Position numbers and translations under genes: made by a program. 64,000 nucleotides of DNA from Heptranchias perlo (Eukaryota), in the NCBI RefSeq assembly GCF_035084215.1, contig NC_090346.1, positions 14,384,001-14,448,000 of the forward strand, in the 5' to 3' direction. The notes beneath the pieces were generated by a model, which was given only the letters and a program-made list of their open reading frames with translations, was not told where the DNA came from and did not search any database. Positions 63,601-64,000 of the stretch are shown here, piece by piece. Position 1 is the stretch's first letter. The number at the start of each line of letters is the position of its first letter.

Positions 63601-63833
63601 ATCCAGAAAGTCGCTGAAGCAAATTAAATGCCAAAAGATGACGCGACATCTTCATGAGGAGATTGATTTAGAAACAACAACAAACAAAAAATGCTTATTT
63701 TACTTCAGGAATAAAGTGAAAGATTATAAAGCAAGGTAGATTTGAGGTGTTAGGGTTGACTATGCGGTGTGAAGCGCTCACCTATACATTGTCCTACAGG
63801 AGTACTGTACGGGTTCCCAATGAAGAACTCCAT
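21507..63833 (-). CDS. TOM1L2: TOM1-like protein 2, whole spliced CDS span (VHS, GAT, C-terminal motifs; 537 aa incl. alternative exon)
   Basis: 16 exons (52,85,79,150,135,171,117,134,49,124,130,76,66,57,37,152 nt) sum to 1614 nt with consistent phases. The sequence is recognisably TOM1L2. Confidence 0.95.
22154..22190 (-). CDS. TOM1L2: TOM1L2 penultimate exon (37 nt)
   Basis: ttcag| [12 protein letters not shown] |gtgag. Confidence 0.93.
25817..25873 (-). CDS. TOM1L2: TOM1L2 exon (57 nt), myosin VI-binding-type motif
   Basis: tgtag| [19 protein letters not shown] |gtatg. Confidence 0.92.
27534..27693. mobile_element. Small Harbinger-type MITE
   Basis: Imperfect TIRs GGGGTGAAACTGGTC / GACTAATTTTACCCG, 3-bp TSD ttg, internal palindromy. 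Confidence 0.55.
30722..31441 (-). mobile_element. CR1-type LINE 3' fragment, relatively young (open frame)
   Basis: ORF 30826-31494 reads RDLGVYVH...[16 protein letters not shown]...[11 protein letters not shown]. Confidence 0.9.
31648..31713 (-). CDS. TOM1L2: TOM1L2 probable alternative cassette exon (66 nt, phase 0/0)
   Basis: gcag| [22 protein letters not shown] |gtgag. Resembles the EPIDxWLxTQGM cassette recalled from long TOM1L2 isoforms. Confidence 0.8.
36289..36364 (-). CDS. TOM1L2: TOM1L2 exon 12 (76 nt)
   Basis: ttgtag| [25 protein letters not shown] |gtaag. Confidence 0.93.
36511..36640 (-). CDS. TOM1L2: TOM1L2 exon 11 (130 nt)
   Basis: tttcag| [14 protein letters not shown]...[17 protein letters not shown] |gtaag. 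Confidence 0.93.
38597..38720 (-). CDS. TOM1L2: TOM1L2 exon 10 (124 nt), clathrin box NLIDL
   Basis: catcag| [27 protein letters not shown]...SSQLAGL |gtaag. Confidence 0.94.
39146..39194 (-). CDS. TOM1L2: TOM1L2 exon 9 (49 nt)
   Basis: gtacag| [16 protein letters not shown] |gtaag. Confidence 0.92.
41011..41475 (+). pseudogene. HARBI1-like Harbinger transposase N-terminus, truncated before the DDE domain
   Basis: [32 protein letters not shown]...[20 protein letters not shown]. Confidence 0.8.
41985..42263 (-). pseudogene. Harbinger Myb/SANT-like DNA-binding protein remnant
   Basis: [33 protein letters not shown]...[11 protein letters not shown] (W...QCRKxxNDL pattern), frameshifted. Confidence 0.75.
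43790..44220 (-). mobile_element. Old CR1-type 3' fragment
   Basis: Reverse CR1 tail (acagcacagaaggaggcca) plus degenerate coding remnants. Confidence 0.7.
44434..44567 (-). CDS. TOM1L2: TOM1L2 exon 8 (134 nt, GAT domain)
   Basis: aacaag| [45 protein letters not shown] |gtgag. Confidence 0.95.
45476..45592 (-). CDS. TOM1L2: TOM1L2 exon 7 (117 nt, GAT domain)
   Basis: ggcag| [39 protein letters not shown] |gtaag. Confidence 0.95.
45774..46125 (-). mobile_element. DeuSINE (SacSINE1-like)
   Basis: Well-preserved Deu core (gagaactcccctgctcttcttcgaaatagtgccatgggatc...ggtttaacgtctcatc) with an L2-like tail. Confidence 0.8.
47394..47564 (-). CDS. TOM1L2: TOM1L2 exon 6 (171 nt)
   Basis: ttgcag| FIPEVDPAM...[11 protein letters not shown] |gtgcc. 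Confidence 0.9.
48740..48874 (-). CDS. TOM1L2: TOM1L2 exon 5 (135 nt)
   Basis: cctag| [45 protein letters not shown] |gtaag. Confidence 0.95.
49827..49976 (-). CDS. TOM1L2: TOM1L2 exon 4 (150 nt, VHS)
   Basis: ttag| [50 protein letters not shown] |gtgtg. Confidence 0.95.
50700..50960 (+). mobile_element. DeuSINE fragment
   Basis: Deu core gttaaactgaggccccatct...gtgtcctggccaa. Confidence 0.7.
50993..51071 (-). CDS. TOM1L2: TOM1L2 exon 3 (79 nt, VHS)
   Basis: ttgtag| [26 protein letters not shown] |gtgag. Confidence 0.95.
51140..54215 (+). mobile_element. CR1-type LINE, whole ORF2 region (APE + RT), disrupted
   Basis: [58 protein letters not shown] and the CR1 tail. Many frameshifts. Confidence 0.93.
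55868..55952 (-). CDS. TOM1L2: TOM1L2 exon 2 (85 nt, VHS)
   Basis: taacag| [29 protein letters not shown] |gtgag. Confidence 0.95.
57410..57755 (-). mobile_element. DeuSINE with tRNA-like head
   Basis: Deu core plus a reverse B-box-like gggacttgaatcc near 57692-57704. Confidence 0.7.
59325..59538 (+). mobile_element. Ty1/Copia-like pol C-terminal (RNase H) remnant
   Basis: [26 protein letters not shown]...[16 protein letters not shown] matches the copia RNase H end (ID...I..V....QLAD..TK). Confidence 0.7.
63782..63833 (-). CDS. TOM1L2: TOM1L2 exon 1 coding part (52 nt)
   Basis: aag ATG G (good Kozak context); [17 protein letters not shown] |gtgag. Confidence 0.95.
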
Positions 63834-64000
63834 CTTGATGCTTCCCCCCCAAACATCCAATGGACGCGGGTGACGTCAACTTTGTCTCAATCTAGCTTGA
63901 TAGCGCAAGTGTCGGGGAATGTTCCCGCCTCTCCTTCACCCTGATTGACTAACGATCCGCACTCTGCCATTTCCCTTGTGTTTATTGGTCAACATCCACG
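63834..64000 (-). promoter_or_regulatory. TOM1L2 5' UTR / proximal promoter
   Basis: CpG-enriched. Perfect CRE TGACGTCA at 63871-63878, CCAAT at 63857-63861, ATTGG near 63984. Confidence 0.65.

Overview
Vertebrate genomic DNA, very probably from a cartilaginous fish (shark-type CR1, L2, DeuSINE and Penelope repeats). The main feature is a complete TOM1L2 gene on the minus strand. It has 16 coding exons with GT-AG boundaries and consistent phases, from ATG at 63833 to TAA at 21507 (537 aa with the 66-nt alternative exon), and a probable ~6.6 kb 3' UTR ending near 14920. Its promoter is at the right edge. The left edge is a CpG-island promoter with a perfect SRE-1, CCAAT, GC and E boxes, probably SREBF1 by synteny (inference). 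The rest is mostly nested mobile DNA: an orphan histone H2B retrocopy inside an L2 tail, a Penelope element and fragments carrying minimal hammerhead ribozyme motifs, an internally deleted two-gene Harbinger inside a CR1, and a Copia remnant. The most unusual object is a 3.2 kb APE-RT LINE (3387-6592). It has a tRNA-derived Pol III promoter head, no ORF1 and no TTTT terminator on its sense strand, which makes it a candidate Pol III-transcribed autonomous retrotransposon. All coordinates were read by eye and repeat boundaries are approximate.
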